Assembly: GCA_051530055.1 (NCBI GenBank)
Contig: CM121343.1
Span: forward strand, 7,566,044 to 7,630,043
Direction of reading: 5' to 3'
From: Neoechinorhynchus agilis
Taxonomy: Eukaryota; Animalia; Acanthocephala
DNA: 64,000 nt
Shown here: piece after piece, positions 1 through 14,115 of the stretch
Position numbering within the stretch: the stretch's first letter is position 1
How the letters are laid out: each line of letters starts with the position of its first letter
Notes under the pieces: generated by a model
The model's input: the letters and a program-made list of their open reading frames with translations, nothing else
What the model was told of the DNA's origin: nothing
The model's database searches: none
Program-made: the position numbers and the translations under genes

Positions 1-282
1 GTCCGTGTCATAAGTTCAATTGGACTTTAAAAGCCCAACTAAATAAATTTAAACCCTTCAAAACGCACCTTTTTTAGTCATCTTTATCGTGGAACACAAG
101 TTGATCGAGTTCTAAACCCACGAACGACATCGACGAAGTGAAAAACGGAAATATTTAAGGTCACGAAAATTAGATATGAAAGCGAGATAAGCTCATGACG
201 ATGACACGTCCGCATTGGACTGCGGGGTGTATATAATCGTCAGTAGTGGTGGAGTACCGAATAGCGCCGTGTATCAAGTGTT

Positions 283-1605
283 ATGGAACAAGCAGCATTC
301 TCTGAATCCAAATCGCTAAAGTTGACGAGATTGCCGCATCTTGTACTTTCCCAGATACTGGACGATGTCGGTGACCTTGGAACGTTTCGTTTAGTATGCA
401 AGGAGGCCGATAGGTTTGTCCGTGGGCTTGAAGTCGTACACAATGGTGTTATAAGAAGAGTAATCGATCCAACGTCGGTGAAACTAGCAGGAAAATATAT
501 TGATTTAGACGATTTTAGGAATTGGGAGGATCTTGGACATATCGTACAAATGAATTTTGCTTGGTGCCAAGTCAGTGATAAGCTCCTTCAAACGACAAAC
601 TATCCGAACCGTTTATATTGTTTGATCTCTCTTAAGATGTGAACTGAAAGAGATATCAAAATATAGTCAAAATCGATTTCCGTTTCTGTAATTTTCAGAC
701 GTATCGCTCTGTTTTGAATATAATCGAAAGGAATTCATCAACCCTCGAAGAAGCTTGTTTAAATAACTCTCGATTGTATCGCTCGAAGGGATGTATTCTT
801 TGTGCTCTATTAAAATGCAAGAGATTGAAGGTTCTAAAGATGAGCGAGACACAGATACACTTGGTTGATGCAAAAAGATTCTATGATTGTAATCGGAGCA
901 CTTGGCAAAATCAATTGCTTAATGGCGTGGTTAAACTTGATTTCAGCCGTATGGAAACATTTCCGTCCATCGAAAACGATGATCCGGCATATGAATCGAT
1001 CCCAGAAGCATTATCATTTGCCATCAGCTGTCCAAACTTAATATATCTTTGTCTTCGGGAAATAAAACCTCTTAACGAAACCAACATCCCCTCAATTTCA
1101 TTCAGAGGTCTTCAGATTATTGATGTATTTAGGAAATATCTCATTTCCGGCGATATAAGATACTTCCTAAAATAAGTGATTGTCGTGATGTTAACAGCAG
1201 TTGCGTCGAAATGCTAATTCTCAATAATCCAAGTCTTAGGGAAGTTTACTTTACGAGATGCCCCGTTTTAAGAATTCTTGGACCGAGCTACAGGCGACTA
1301 AAGCCGTTTTTCGAAAAATACTTAAAAGGCGTCTTGTACAACTCATCGATGGACGTTTATACGTTTTTAATAGTCAATTCCGAGGCACTAAGCAGCATCG
1401 AATACTTCATTTAACAAGAAATCGGAAACAAATAAAAGTTTGGCATCGATTTGCTTGTGTTTGGATTAACGAAATTGCGAACTATCAAACCACTATTGAT
1501 CCACGCTTTTTTGACATTTTGAACATAACGCTAAAACCCGCCGTTCTGGCAACAAATTATCTCAATCAGCAACGTTCAATTATGCTCATTCTGCGAAATA
1601 CATAA
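283..1605 (+). CDS. F-box / leucine-rich-repeat protein, frameshifted (assembly errors or pseudogene)
   Basis: N-terminal F-box-like motif LTRLPHLVLSQILDDVGDLGTFRLVCKE. LRR-like segments follow in successive frames (KIDFRFCNF, CPNLIYLCLREI, LKISDCRDVNSSCVEMLILNNPSLREVYFTRCP). Frame changes near 640, 1170 and 1410. Confidence 0.6.
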
Positions 1606-1744
1606 CCGCGATTCGAAAGTCTTCTGCATTATTAAGAATTTGGCCTTTTTGCGACACTAAAATATTCTTCCAAATGAACAAAATAAATAGTGCCGTCGCT
1701 ATGGCTTCTATCGTTCAAATGATAGTGATGGACAAGACGTCTAC

Positions 1745-4700
1745 GAAGGTTTTATTGATTCTCATTCAATCGATTCTTGAATTCGAAGGTTTTATTGATT
1801 TTCATTCAATCGATTCTAAAATTTCGAGCTACGTTTTGTCGAATTGGACAATCAGTCAACGGCAACTGCGATCAATGCTGAAATATTGAATAATCGCTTT
1901 AGATCTTAAAATCTTCCTATAAGTTGTTAGTTTTTAAAGCGATGCGAAGGTTTTATTGATTTTTATTCAATCGTTTCTTAAATTTCGAGCTTAGTTTTAT
2001 CGAATCGAACAATCAGTCAACGGTCACTGCGATCAATGCTGAAATATTGAATAATCGCTTTAGATCTTAAAATCTTCCCTATAAGTTGGTAGTTTTTAAA
2101 GCGATACGAAGGTTTTATTGATTTTCATTCAATCGATTCTAAAATTTCGAGCTTAGTTTTATCGAATCGAACAATCAGTCAACGGTCACTGCGATCAATG
2201 CTGAAATATTGAATAATCGCTTTAGATCTTAAAATCTTCCCTATAAGTTGGTAGTTTTTAAAGCGATACGAAGGTTTTATTGATTTTCATTCAATCGATT
2301 CTTAAATTTCGAGCTTAGTTTTATCGAATCGAACAATCAGTCAACGGCCACTGCGATCAATGCTGAAATATTGAATAATCGCTTTAGATCTTAAAATCTT
2401 CCCTATAAGTTGGTAGTTTTTAAAGCGATGCGAAGGTTTTATTGATTTTCATTCAATCGTTTCTAAAATTTCGAGCTTAGTTTTATCGAATCGAACAATC
2501 AGTCAACGGCAACTGCGATCAATGCTGAAATATTGAATAATCGCTTTAGATCTTAAAATCTTCTCTATAAGTTGTTAGTTTTTAAAGCGATGCGAAGGTT
2601 TTATTGATTTTCATTCAATCGTTTCTTAAATTTCGAGCTTAGTTTTATGAATCGAACAATCAGTCAACGGCAACTGCGATCAATGCTGAAATATTGAATA
2701 ATCGCTTTAGATCTTAAAATCTTCCCTATAAGTTGGTAGTTTTTAAAGCGATGCGAAGGTTTTATTGATTTTCATTCAATCGTTTCTTAAATTTCGAGCT
2801 TAGTTTTATCGAATCGAACAATCAGTCAACGGTCACTGCGATCAATGCTGAAATATTGAATAATCGCTTTAGATCTTAAAATCTTCCCTATAAGTTGGTA
2901 GTTTTTAAAGCGATGCGAAGGTTTTATTGATTTTAATTCAATCGTTTCTTAAATTTCGAGCTTAGTTTTATCGAATCGAACAATCAGTCAACGGCAACTG
3001 CGATCAATGCTGAAATATTGAATAATCGCTTTAGATCTTAAAATCGTCTCTATAAGTTGTTAGTTTTTAAAGCGATGCGAAGGTTTTATTGATTTTTATT
3101 CAATCGTTTCTTAAATTTCGAGCTTAGTTTTATCGAATCGAACAATCAGTCAACGGCAACTGCGATCAATGCTGAAATATTGAATAATCGCTTTAGATCT
3201 TAAAATCTTCCCTATAAGTTGGTAGTTTTTAAAGCGATGCGAAGGTTTTATTGATTTTCATTCAATCGTTTCTTAAATTTCGAGCTTAGTTTTATCGAAT
3301 CGAACAATCAGTCAACGGTCACTGCGATCAATGCTGAAATATTGAATAATCGCTTTAGATCTTAAAATCTTCTCTATAAGTTGTTAGTTTTTAAAGCGAT
3401 GCGAAGGTTTTATTGATTTTTATTCAATCGTTTCTTAAATTTCGAGCTTAGTTTTATCGAATCGAACAATCAGTCAACGGCAACTGCGATCAATGCTGAA
3501 ATATTGAATAATCGCTTTAGATCTTAAAATCGTCTCTATAAGTTGTTAGTTTTTAAAGCGATGCGAAGGTTTTATTGATTTTTATTCAATCGTTTCTTAA
3601 ATTTCGAGCTTAGTTTTATCGAATCGAACAATCAGTCAACGGTCACTGCGATCAATGCTGAAATATTGAATAATCGCTTTAGATCTTAAAATCTTCCCTA
3701 TAAGTTGGTAGTTTTTAAAGCGTGCGAGTTTTATTGATTTTTATTCAATCGTTTCTTAAATTTCGAGCTTAGTTTTATCGAATCGAACAATCAGTCAACG
3801 GTCACTGCGATCAATGCTGAAATATTGAATAATCGCTTTAGATCTTAAAATCTTCCCTATAAGTTGGTAGTTTTTAAAGCGATGCGAAGGTTTTATTGAT
3901 TATCATTCAATCGATTCTAAAATTTCGAGCTTAGTTTTATCGAATCGAACAATCAGTCAACGGTCACTGCGATCAATGCTGAAATATTGAATAATCGCTT
4001 TAGATCTTAAAATATTCTCTATAAGTTGGTAGTTTTTAAAGCGATGCGAAGGTTTTATTGATTTTTATTCAATCGTTTCTTAAATTTCGAGCTTAGTTTT
4101 ATCGAATCGAACAATCAGTCAACGGCCACTGCGATCAATGCTGAAATATTGAATAATCGCTTTAGATCTTAAAATCTTCTCTATAAGTTGGTAGTTTTTA
4201 AAGCGATACGAAGGTTTTATTGATTTTAATTCAATCGATTCTAAAATTTCGAGCTTAGTTTTATCGAATCGAACAATCAGTCAACGGCAACTGCGATCAA
4301 TGCTGAAATATTGAATAATCGCTTTAGATCTTAAAATCGTCTCTATAAGTTGTTAGTTTTTAAAGCGATGCGAAGGTTTTATTGATTTTTATTCAATCGT
4401 TTCTTAAATTTCGAGCTTAGTTTTATCGAATCGAACAATCAGTCAACGGTCACTGCGATCAATGCTGAAATATTGAATAATCGCTTTAGATATTAAAATC
4501 TTCCCTATAAGTTGGTAGTTTTTAAAGCGATGCGAAGTTTTTATTGATTATCATTCAATCGATTCTTAAATTTCGAGCTACGTTTTATCGAATCGAACAA
4601 TCATTCAACGGCTACTGGAATCAATGCTGAAATATTTAATAGTCGCTTTATACCTTAAAATCTTCTCTAGCAGCTGCATGTTTTGCCGCGATGCGATGAT

Positions 4701-4750
4701 TTTACTCATTCCCATTCAATCGATTCTTTAATTTAGAGTTACGTTTTGTA
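1745..4750. repeat. Tandem satellite, 162-bp unit, about 18 copies
   Basis: GCGATGCGAAGGTTTTATTGATT recurs at 1939, 2101, 2263 and onward (period 162). First and last copies are degenerate. No open frame runs through the unit. Confidence 0.97.
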
Positions 4751-5721
4751 AAGATCATTTTTGTTGTTTCATGAGCACATAGAAGCATCGTTCATTAAAC
4801 CTGTTCAAAAGTGACCAATCCCAACGTTAGTGATCAATTATCCTCTAGAATACTTCCAATAGTCCTTCTTTTATCGATTTGCTTAATGCACTTTAACGCC
4901 GTGTTGCTGCAATGAATTTGTCGTCCATGCGCGTATCAGTTGCCTAATATTAACGAATTTTTTAATAAACGCGGTAAAGGTCATTTGACCCTTTCGGATC
5001 ATCCTCTGAGCCCGATAGTTCGATATACACTTCTGTCGCAGGAGTCAAATTCGATATTTATTATTGGTCCGATTTAAGATTTTGGTGCTCCTTTCAGTTT
5101 TTAAAATTGAACGAAGCTTAGTGAGCTTATATAAAAATACCATTTCGATATATTTTGCATGTACGTTTAGTCTTCATCTTTTTGGTCTCCGAGGTACAAG
5201 CTAATAAGTATGGTTGTTTTTCGATATAGTTTATTGGATCGCGGAGTTTTTCCTAGTTTCTATAGTAATAATCGATGGTGAAAAATCGTCTATTTGTTAT
5301 TTACTGTATGACCCATTAAAATTATATCGTTTGATTCTATATTTTGTTAGAGAGCTTTAATCAATGCCTTGCTTGTATTTGTCACTAAAAATGTTCAACC
5401 ATTTAGAATTTAGGTGATTTTCGATAATAAGTCCATCAGTTGTTCCAAGAATTATGCATTAATTCATTTTCAGGATTGTTTATGTTCACTCTATCCATGA
5501 TGGTTGGATTTAAAGCTCAAAATTTCACAATTGAGTTCCTACATTTCATTTGCTTTGAAATTTCAATTTTTTTTCCGCGCTCTGATCGTCGAATTCGATG
5601 GAGGTTTAGAAAATCCGCATTTCTACAAGTAAATCTGTGTCTGCCCCTCCCCCTCAGTTTTCTATATGAGCGCCCTACTCTTCGAGCTATAACTCAGTCT
5701 CTTTGTTTCCAGTCATCTACG

Positions 5722-7011
5722 ATGGCATCACGTGCTGTCAAGAGCGGCATAACTCGGTTGTTGCAAAGCCGTAAAGCTATTTTTTTATCGTCTCGTTTAA
5801 CTTCACACATTTACAATTAAGTTTGCCTATTTACCCGATCGTTTTGTAGATATGGTTCAGATCCGAACTCAGAACATAAGTCCACAAAATCCAGCAGCCG
5901 CAAAGGCCGCTGCCATCAGTAGATCAAGGCGTGGGCGTAGTTCCCAAACATCTTCTTCATCCACATCATCAGCATTGTATCTGAGCCATCGGACAATAAT
6001 TGACAATCATGCTGATGCAGTATCTGTTGTATTGATATTGATTTGTGCCGGGAGCGTGCTTCCCAAAACACAACCGTTCTTCTCACAATTCCTTTGGCCC
6101 GTGAATTCAAATAGTTCAAGTGTCAATGGTACTGTATTCAGTCCTGATCCTCACGATATTTGTATGGTGACCTTCTTCACACTTTGTATCATTGTTGCCC
6201 ATGCGGCTTTAAAGGAATATGTGATCGATAAATTCATAAGGAAGAAATTTACCAATAAGTTATCGAACGTGAAGCTAGAACAACTGGTCCGTAGTACGTA
6301 TATGGCAACGTTTGCATTGATCAGCTCTATCGGATACTTAGGCGCAATCGCTGATATGAGACATGCTCGGATTTTATTTAAGCCGAATTTCAATTCGAAC
6401 GATGTTTACTGAAATGACTTTCGCTATCGTTTAGACATCGAAACTCATTTTGATACACAAAAGTCTACTTACTTATGCAGATTTCGCTTTGGCTGCATTG
6501 GTTCCCGGAAATTCTTTATCTTGAACAAGGAATCTTCGTCACTAAGGGAGAACCAAAACGCAAACCGCTCTTTTTGGCTACTTCGTTCACTTTCCTGTAT
6601 TTGGCATTTATAGTTTGCGGATACGTTCTCAATGAGTGGTCCCTCACTCTTGCCATTCTCATTATTCAATATATTTTCGATTCTGGTATGCATAATCTCG
6701 GTCAAGTGCTTTATTTGACCCAAATCGATGCGGGAAAAACGTTACTTAATGTGTGGTCCGGAGTTGGATTTCTCATCGCACGAGTTGCTACAATCGCTCT
6801 TCTGATTAGAAAATATTTTGATCTTTATAAATTTCCAACCGCTAGGGACAATTCCATTAAACTCGCAATGGTCACATGTATCGCCTTGGTTCAAATCATA
6901 ATTATAATTCATTTCCTTTTCAATACTTATTGGAAAAACGCATGGTCCGACCGCCGAGTGAATCTTTCTGTCAAGAGCGAAAAGCACATTCAGAAAAAGA
7001 AAAAGAAATGA
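5722..7011 (+). CDS. TRAM1: Translocating chain-associated membrane protein (TRAM, TLC domain)
   Basis: LSHRTIIDNHAD, HAALKEYVIDK and QISLWLHWFPE match the TRAM1 motifs LSHEFVLQNHAD, HAVIQEYMLDK and YWLHAFPE. C-terminal KKKKK. Possible first exon 5722-5770 splices in frame to 5850. A 31-nt intron (6404-6434) and one apparent homopolymer indel near 6460. Confidence 0.9.
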
Positions 7012-8006
7012 ATGCTTTCAAGAATAAAATGGCTTGTGTCTTAAAAAGATTTGTCAACTCGAAATCATGAATAAATTACGGTTGATGATAACACGCTTTA
7101 ATTCAATAGACTTTAAGGACCATTTAACACTTCGCTTTTCAAGGGAAAATATTATTTCTCCGATTATCTGTCCACATAACGAATGCGTCTGCCGTACAGA
7201 CGTTTATGGTTTCCGATAGAAATAAGTTCGATATAAGTCACATTTTTAAATTCGAAAACGCTGCTTTAATATGGTTTCCTCTGTTTTTCAGCTACGATTC
7301 ATCATGCGTCCGGTCCGCCGTTCACAATAGCAAGAAATTTAATCAAGAAAATATAATGTATTTTAGCGAAAGTTACACTTTGCGTCTCATTGTTTGACAA
7401 CAATGATAACTAAACCACCACTGCCTTTAATCTCTCTTTCTTGTAAACTGCGTTCATTTTATGAACATTAGACAATTTCAATTTTTCTCCATTTTGAATA
7501 GATCCGTCGTTCTATAAAGGTGAATGGAGTTCTTTTTTAGACGTTAAAAATAAAACTCTCACAAGTTCTTACAAAACAGCAATTAAAAAAGGCCGTCAAA
7601 AAGGACTGTTATGAGAAGCTATAAGTTGTGTATTCAGTAAAGACATCATAAATTATGTTGATTTCATTTTTTTGGCGTTTAATGTTCTGTTGTGCTAAGG
7701 GAATTGGTCGAATATATGACAATTGCAGCGCTGGTGATTATTGCCTCCACCACTTCTAAGAAAACCAAGTATGGCTCATTTTCTTTGCCGTTCTTTTACT
7801 GATTTGAAATTTGTTCAATGACTCAGAGTGCAAACAGCAAGAAGTAGGAAACAAAAAGAGTTGTCTAGAACTGGTATAACTTGAACATGAGTCTAGTCTA
7901 ACAATCGTGGCGCGTAAAGTTTTGTGAATAACGAAGGTTGAAGCGAGAGCGAAACGAGAAGCCGGGTAGATTTTTTAGCAGTAAAGACACTGTGAATTTT
8001 ATTAGA

Positions 8007-9080
8007 ATGGTGGATGCCAGCTCAACAAGCAGCGGTAATCCGCTACCAAGACTTATTAGTTTTGTACTTGTCATGTTTCTTATTGAAAAATCGATCCCTT
8101 ACACTTTACAGAACCAAGGTTATTCTTTTTTTTATAAATCGGAAGCTATCTCCATTATCGTTAAATATGAATATAGCAGCTTTGGTAGGATATCACCACC
8201 AGCCACTAATATTCGGAAATAGTACGATGTGTTACTATTGTAAATGGTGTGGATTGCTATCCACAGCTCCGTCCGGGATTGCATCGTGTCCGGCTAATAT
8301 GAATAGATGCATCGTAAGTAAAAAATTAGACTTTTTAAAATCGATTTCCCCGTTTCCAAGACCGTATATAGGAACGGGATGATTCTTAGGGGATGTGCGG
8401 ATGACAAATGTCTCCCAGTAGGATTATTGTTTTCTGACGATTATCAAGTAATTGAATGTTGCATTGGAAACAAATGCAACAACTGGGTCTTGCGGACTCA
8501 CAATGACCCAAGTGAACAACCGAAGCTGCAAAAGTCTACAGAAAAACCAGCGACCACTTTGCATTCGACAACAACAACAAGGACACCAACCACGACTACT
8601 GAAGGCGATCCAAATACTTTGGCTACAGAAACCTCTAAAGCCTCAACTGAAAATCATGTAGCACCCGAACTTAAGGTGCGAGAAACGGAGAACGAACAAT
8701 CGCTTTGCCGTTGCCAACCACTGCACAATGCTCAACATACTATACAACCACCGTCTACAGCTGAACTGACGGAATCCAGCGAGCTGGTGATTGTCAATAC
8801 AACGACCATAGGAACCGAGGCCACGTCTAAAACGAAGCCAAAGTCCATCACGACAAATGCGCCGGCGACGACAACTGGAAAAAAAGAGGTTACTGACAGC
8901 GCCGGCGACGACGATACCATTGATTTGGAAGAGGATGATATCGATACGAATACGAGCCCATCAAAAATAGTAATCAAACCAATGTGGAGGGTGTTTCCCC
9001 AACCAGCGGATGGAAAAGCAATGAATATAAAGTCAAGCACTTGGATGTTCCTCTTAGTTTTTTTGTACTTGATTGCATGA
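8007..9080 (+). CDS. Ly6/uPAR (three-finger) domain protein with Thr-rich mucin stalk and hydrophobic, GPI-signal-like C-terminus
   Basis: Hydrophobic N-terminal exon 8007-8118; in-frame GT-AG introns 8119-8176 and 8314-8360. Cys pattern CYYC..C...C...C..RGC...C...CC.GNKCN, then a TTTT-rich region and the tail WMFLLVFLYLIA. Confidence 0.75.
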
Positions 9081-10184
9081 AGCAAAATGATTTCACGGAT
9101 AAATTTTTCTATATCTTTTAGGCATCCTTGCGAATGAATGGGGAAATTCCGTTGTAAGAGTACAATTGATATTGCGACAATGTAGTAAGAAATTCTAGTA
9201 TCGTATTCACGAATGCCATAGGAAGATATCTAATCGCCTTGTATAAATAGTTACGTTCCTCTTGAAGGAAGGTATTAAAAAGCTCTTTCAGCTCAAAAAA
9301 CATACAACATTCAAAACCAGAACGGAATTTCTTGCAGAATAAAGTCATTCTTAGTTGTCCTTGCTGATTGAATATATTTCCCGGGCATTATTATTGACTT
9401 TGTTTTTAGTCTAAGAAGGTCCTTAAATCTGGCGAGTCAGAATATCTGATGGGCGTAATTATTTCAATCTCGCTTTCCGAAAGTGAACACTTTATCTCTA
9501 ATATTGAACGGCGAAGAGGCAATGAAAGCTTCAATGCCCATGATTCACAATTAGACTGCGAAATAAATCGAATAAAGACTCGAATCAATCATAGTTTGCA
9601 TTCTCATTTTCTCTCTCTCTTGCACTAACAACTGAATAAGAGCTATTTCGCCAGAAAAGGACATGAGCGAATTGCATTATGCGGATTCCGTGACTATTCT
9701 GATTGAACGTTTAGGTGATCAGCATCATCGGATACGCCGATAAACACTATTTGTATTTCCGGACGCTATAAAATGGGTTTCGTCCTTTGGATATTTCTCC
9801 AAGTATGAGAGAGTCACATTTTGTGAGTGTCCTTCAGTCCAGAATGTCATAAAATTCGCGTAAAGGTCCTCTTTAGAGACAAAACGAGCGGCCCGTGTCG
9901 CACTGTGCTAATAATTCTGGTGGTGGTGGTGTACCACCGCGCATGCGTGGGAGAGAAACTCATCATCTACAGCGGGTGCCTCTTTTTGCTGAGTGCTTCA
10001 GGCAGTGCTCATCAAATGCCTACCTCTGCGAGAAGTGCGGCAATACACGCATTTCCTTTCGCAAACGCTCGGTACATATATGTTTATCATCTCGTAGCTT
10101 CTAAGATATAAAAAGTGTCGCCTCGTTAGAGCCCTATATCAATAACCAACCTTCTCGGATTATTCGCAGAATTTTTCATAGAAG

Positions 10185-11244
10185 ATGAGTAGCAACAATG
10201 AAATTAGCCAGTTTAGTTTAAAGCTAGTGAGAACTCCGGGTACTGGCTCTTCGTGGGGATTCAATCTAATGGGTGGCGCCGGCTACAAAATCGATCAAAA
10301 CACCAGAGTCCCGTTGATGATACAATCGGTATGTTGTTGTTTCTTTTAGGCGCTTAAAAACGCTACGGCCAAAAAAAGGTAGTTGCCAACTCAATTGCTG
10401 CCCGAAATGGACTTGCTCCAGGAGACTCAATTATGGCTATCGATGGGAGAGCAAGTGCTGATGCCACGCTAGAGCAAGCGAAGATGATGCTCATCAGAGC
10501 TGGAAATGAAGTAAATCTAGTCATTAGAAGGTAACGAACCTTCTTCTTAATACAACAAGTTCTCCAATACAATAGAGACGAGGCCTTAAAAAAGTTCCTT
10601 CCGACTCTTTCTAAGAAAGTAAAGTCAACAACGCAGCTACCATTGTCAGTCAGTGGTGGTGGTGGTGGTGGTAGTAGTAGTAGTGGCGGCGGCAGCAGCA
10701 GCAGTGAAAGGGCCAACAGGAGCAACGTTACCGGTGCTCGTCGACCACTGAGCGTATCTCAAGCATTTCCGAGAAGAATGGCACCGTCACCTCCACTTCC
10801 AACTCTTCCACAGACAACATGGACTGGCGAGGTGCCCGGCGAGATCGCACCAACTGATTCGTCGGTCATTTCCAACGTGGGAATAGGTCAGTGGCTGATA
10901 AAATGCTGAATTTCTTTCAACAGTCGCATAATTTAACAAAAGTGCCATTTGAACGATCACCGGCTTTCAATCGACTTGCATCCGGTCGATCTCTTCCTGT
11001 ACAGCCTACGAAACAAGCAACACAACAAGATGCACCTAGGCCCAATCAGGATACACAACAAACATTTTCGACAAATTACAACCAACATCTTCAACAACAA
11101 ACTCAAGCTCCACAACCAATATCTAGCGAAGGTCAAATTTCACGCTCGTTCAGAGCACTAGAAACTGATCTGGCACAAGCTGCTGCAATGGGTGCACGCC
11201 CGGCTTCGATCTTTGACCTAAAGAAACAAAGTCAACGAAGGTGA
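10185..11244 (+). CDS. Zasp/ALP-like PDZ + ZM-motif protein, no LIM domains seen
   Basis: Spliced PDZ domain: WGFNLMGG...PLMIQS|VVANSIAARNGLAPGDSIMAIDG...AGNEVNLVIR. Gly/Ser linker encoded by (GGT)n(AGT)n, a Gln-rich region, and the ZM-like motif QISRSFRALE. Confidence 0.75.
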
Positions 11245-11276
11245 TGAACAATGCTGCTCCACACCATATATAGAGG

Positions 11277-13363
11277 TCAACATTTTACTTTCTTTTCGCC
11301 ACAATAAACGACCTTAGTGTTCAATACAGCGTCCACGTACTTCAGTTCGCATGGTACTAACGGAGGCGGAATGCCAACCCAGCCAATAATGAGTTCATTG
11401 TCTCCCGTTGATTCATCATCAATGTTTGTTTCTAATAACCATGTTTCCTCAAATGTAGAATTAACCATCCTAAGAAGCAAATCCCGAGATAACTTTGAAT
11501 CACTGTGGTCGAGACAATTAATGATGGTGGCCGTCTTACTGTGTGATCGTAGGAGATTGATCACTTCTGGGTTAATGAACTCATCACTCGGACAAGCAAG
11601 TCCGTTTTCTTGTGCCAGTTGATCCACATCCACTACTACTACATCGTATTGGGTTTCATGGGACCGCAAATATGAAATACCATCGACACACTTTGTAGAC
11701 AGACCTTTTAACTTCTTTAGGACATGGACTTTCAAAATACTCGAATCCGAAAAAATCCATGTAATTTTAAATCGAATACCGAGTTTGATATTCTTATCAC
11801 GTCTTGGGATGAGTCAAGGGCTAAAATTGTACGTAGTTTAGGTCCCAGAAGCAGTCCATGGCATAACTCGCCACCTCCAAGTCCAATTAAAAGAACTGAT
11901 AGTTTCTGTAGATAATCACTGATTATCCAAGTCATCACTTGCACATAACCTTTAGCGTCGGGTTCAAAAGTAACACCATTACAAGTTAAGAGCATCTCGG
12001 TCTGTGACATGTCTCCGGACGAAGCAATAATGAGCCGTTTATACTCGCGGCCATCATTGTGAGTCACTTTGACAGTATATACACCATTGCCAAAATGATC
12101 AGTTTCCTTTAAATCCTCGATTTCTTCATCCGGTTTCTGTGCAGACATAATAGGTATTGAATAATTCTCGGGTATTCCCCTAGGCTTGAAATTGGCACTC
12201 ACTTCTCCGAAGTCTTTTTGAATCTGATCAAAGTCGAAACTTTGTTGCGTCGGATATATAAAAATCATTCGTTTGACTGACGCCTGCCTTGTGATCGATT
12301 TCCGACCGTTCTTAGTCCTATATTGCCATTTTCGAGCAGAATGAAAAGGAACAAGGAATCCCGCGAATGGATATGTTGCTTTATTGTCGTCGTTAAACTC
12401 TTTTAAATTAACCACTACCAGTCTTGTGCGATCCCTTAACAACCATTCAAATTCGTCCTCCAATTCATCGTTCTGCAGTGCCACAAACATCCGATTAGCG
12501 TTCGACATAAATTATCATTTCTTTAAAGTAATATGCCCAAATGGTTGACAATTTATGTCCTATTGATATGATTTGATAAGATTCGGAACTTCATCAATTT
12601 CGACATTCGAAGAAATGGTGTCGCCGTCTAGACCGTCTGACCACTCTACACTGGGCACCATCGACGATTGTTGCAGGCACTTTTTAGCAATTAAAATAAA
12701 AAAAGGATATTTGCTCAGTGATTTACGAGAGTCACATTGGATTTTAAGTGCACAGTCGTTTTGCGCCATTGAATTTAGCCAGGTCATGAGAGCGAAAGGT
12801 TCGGCCAATGTTATACAAAAGTACTGACCACCCGGGCGAAGGACTCTATGAACCTCGGAAAGCATTAACTTTGCCTTATCGCAAGATTTATCGTCGCAAG
12901 ACAAAGTATCAAGAGTAGCCTTGTCCAAAATTATGTCGAATTCCGCATCTCCAAAGTTCATCTACGTAAATGCGTTCAGTGAATATTTTCTTTTTTAAGC
13001 ACAACCTTTGTAGCATCCATTCTAATATATTTGATTTTTGGGAATTCTTTAGATAATTGATCGATTAGTTTGCCGGATAAATCAATGGCTGTAACTTCAA
13101 TGTTCGGATAGGCTTCAGCTATTTTCGATGGGAATGAAGATCTACCACACCCAACATCAAGCAGTTTCAACTTTTTTCCAGCTTTAAAGTGCTTTTCAAG
13201 AATAGCCTTCTTCAGAAAATCATATTCGGAGTACCTAATTCAAACAGTAATAACGGAAAAAGTTTAAAACAAACCATTCAAAGAAATCATTCGATTTCGA
13301 ATACAAGTTTTCCCAATATTCAGCTTCGATGAAGTTGCCAGGATTTCCCGGTAAAGAGAACAT
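11277..13363 (-). CDS. METTL13: Dual methyltransferase of eEF1A (METTL13)
   Basis: EYWENLY..FFEW|YSEY, LLDVGCGRS, FDIILDKATLD, FAGFLVP..KWQY, VLLIGLGGG and YDVVVVDVD follow METTL13 domain order. Short introns of about 33-44 nt; homopolymer indels near 11750 and 12510-12560. Confidence 0.92.
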
Positions 13364-13829
13364 ATAAAATTTCTGAATCAAAAGGAGGGTAATCAATTAT
13401 CGATAACAAATCCCATTGCACTCGTGTTCTTCGCTAAAAATTAACGGGAGAATCAAGTCGATGAACAGAAAACGGATCGCTAACGAGCATGATCGATTAC
13501 TACCGAGTGAGACTCAGTTTTCGCCTTTTACGAAATCTTCTTCGCAGCGAGAATAAGATCATATTTACCGATACACTATGGATTTTTTATACCTGGACCA
13601 GGATTTTAGTTTGTTGCTAAGCACAATAATTACATAGAATTGAGTTGACAATTTAGGTGTAGTAAGTGGCACAGCAATCGACGGCCTACTTAAGCCATCT
13701 AAATTCCAACTAGGGATCTACAAAAACAAGTCTCGTTAATAAACATTTCAACCAGTTTCGATATGTGAAGATGTACCTATGATTAGAATTGTATTTTAGC
13801 ATTCTTATGCGTGGCTCAGCCGGTGGTCT

Positions 13830-14115
13830 TTTGATCGATATGTGTACGATTATTCTCTTTTTCGAAATACATGGCTAAATGGACACACACAGTCCAACGA
13901 TTCATTGGTTTGGGAAGCGCTGGTCTGCGATTAATGCCCAAGACCGTAAGGTTAAAAGTTTGTAAGAATCACTCCGGATTCTCAGATACCTCCCGAGAAG
14001 GCAGGACTCATCAGTGAATTTCCTCCCTTCAGCAGTAGACCGAAATCGGTGGACTGTGAATCCATTAAGCCGTGTAAAGTGAAAAAAGAATAATCGTACA
14101 CATATCAATCAGAAA
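13830..14115. mobile_element. MITE-like element with about 35-bp terminal inverted repeats
   Basis: GATCGATATGTGTACGATTATTCTCTTTTTC at about 13835 is the near-perfect reverse complement of GAAAAAAGAATAATCGTACACATATCAATC at about 14081-14110. Confidence 0.65.

Noticed and set aside
10363-10725. Minus-strand Leu/Pro-rich ORF
   Set aside because: It is the antisense shadow of the Gly/Ser microsatellite in the Zasp-like gene.
13960-14030. Hammerhead from minus-strand CTGATGAGTCC
   Set aside because: No matching GGAC-GAAA, and the homologous copy at about 18150 reads CTAATAAGTCC.
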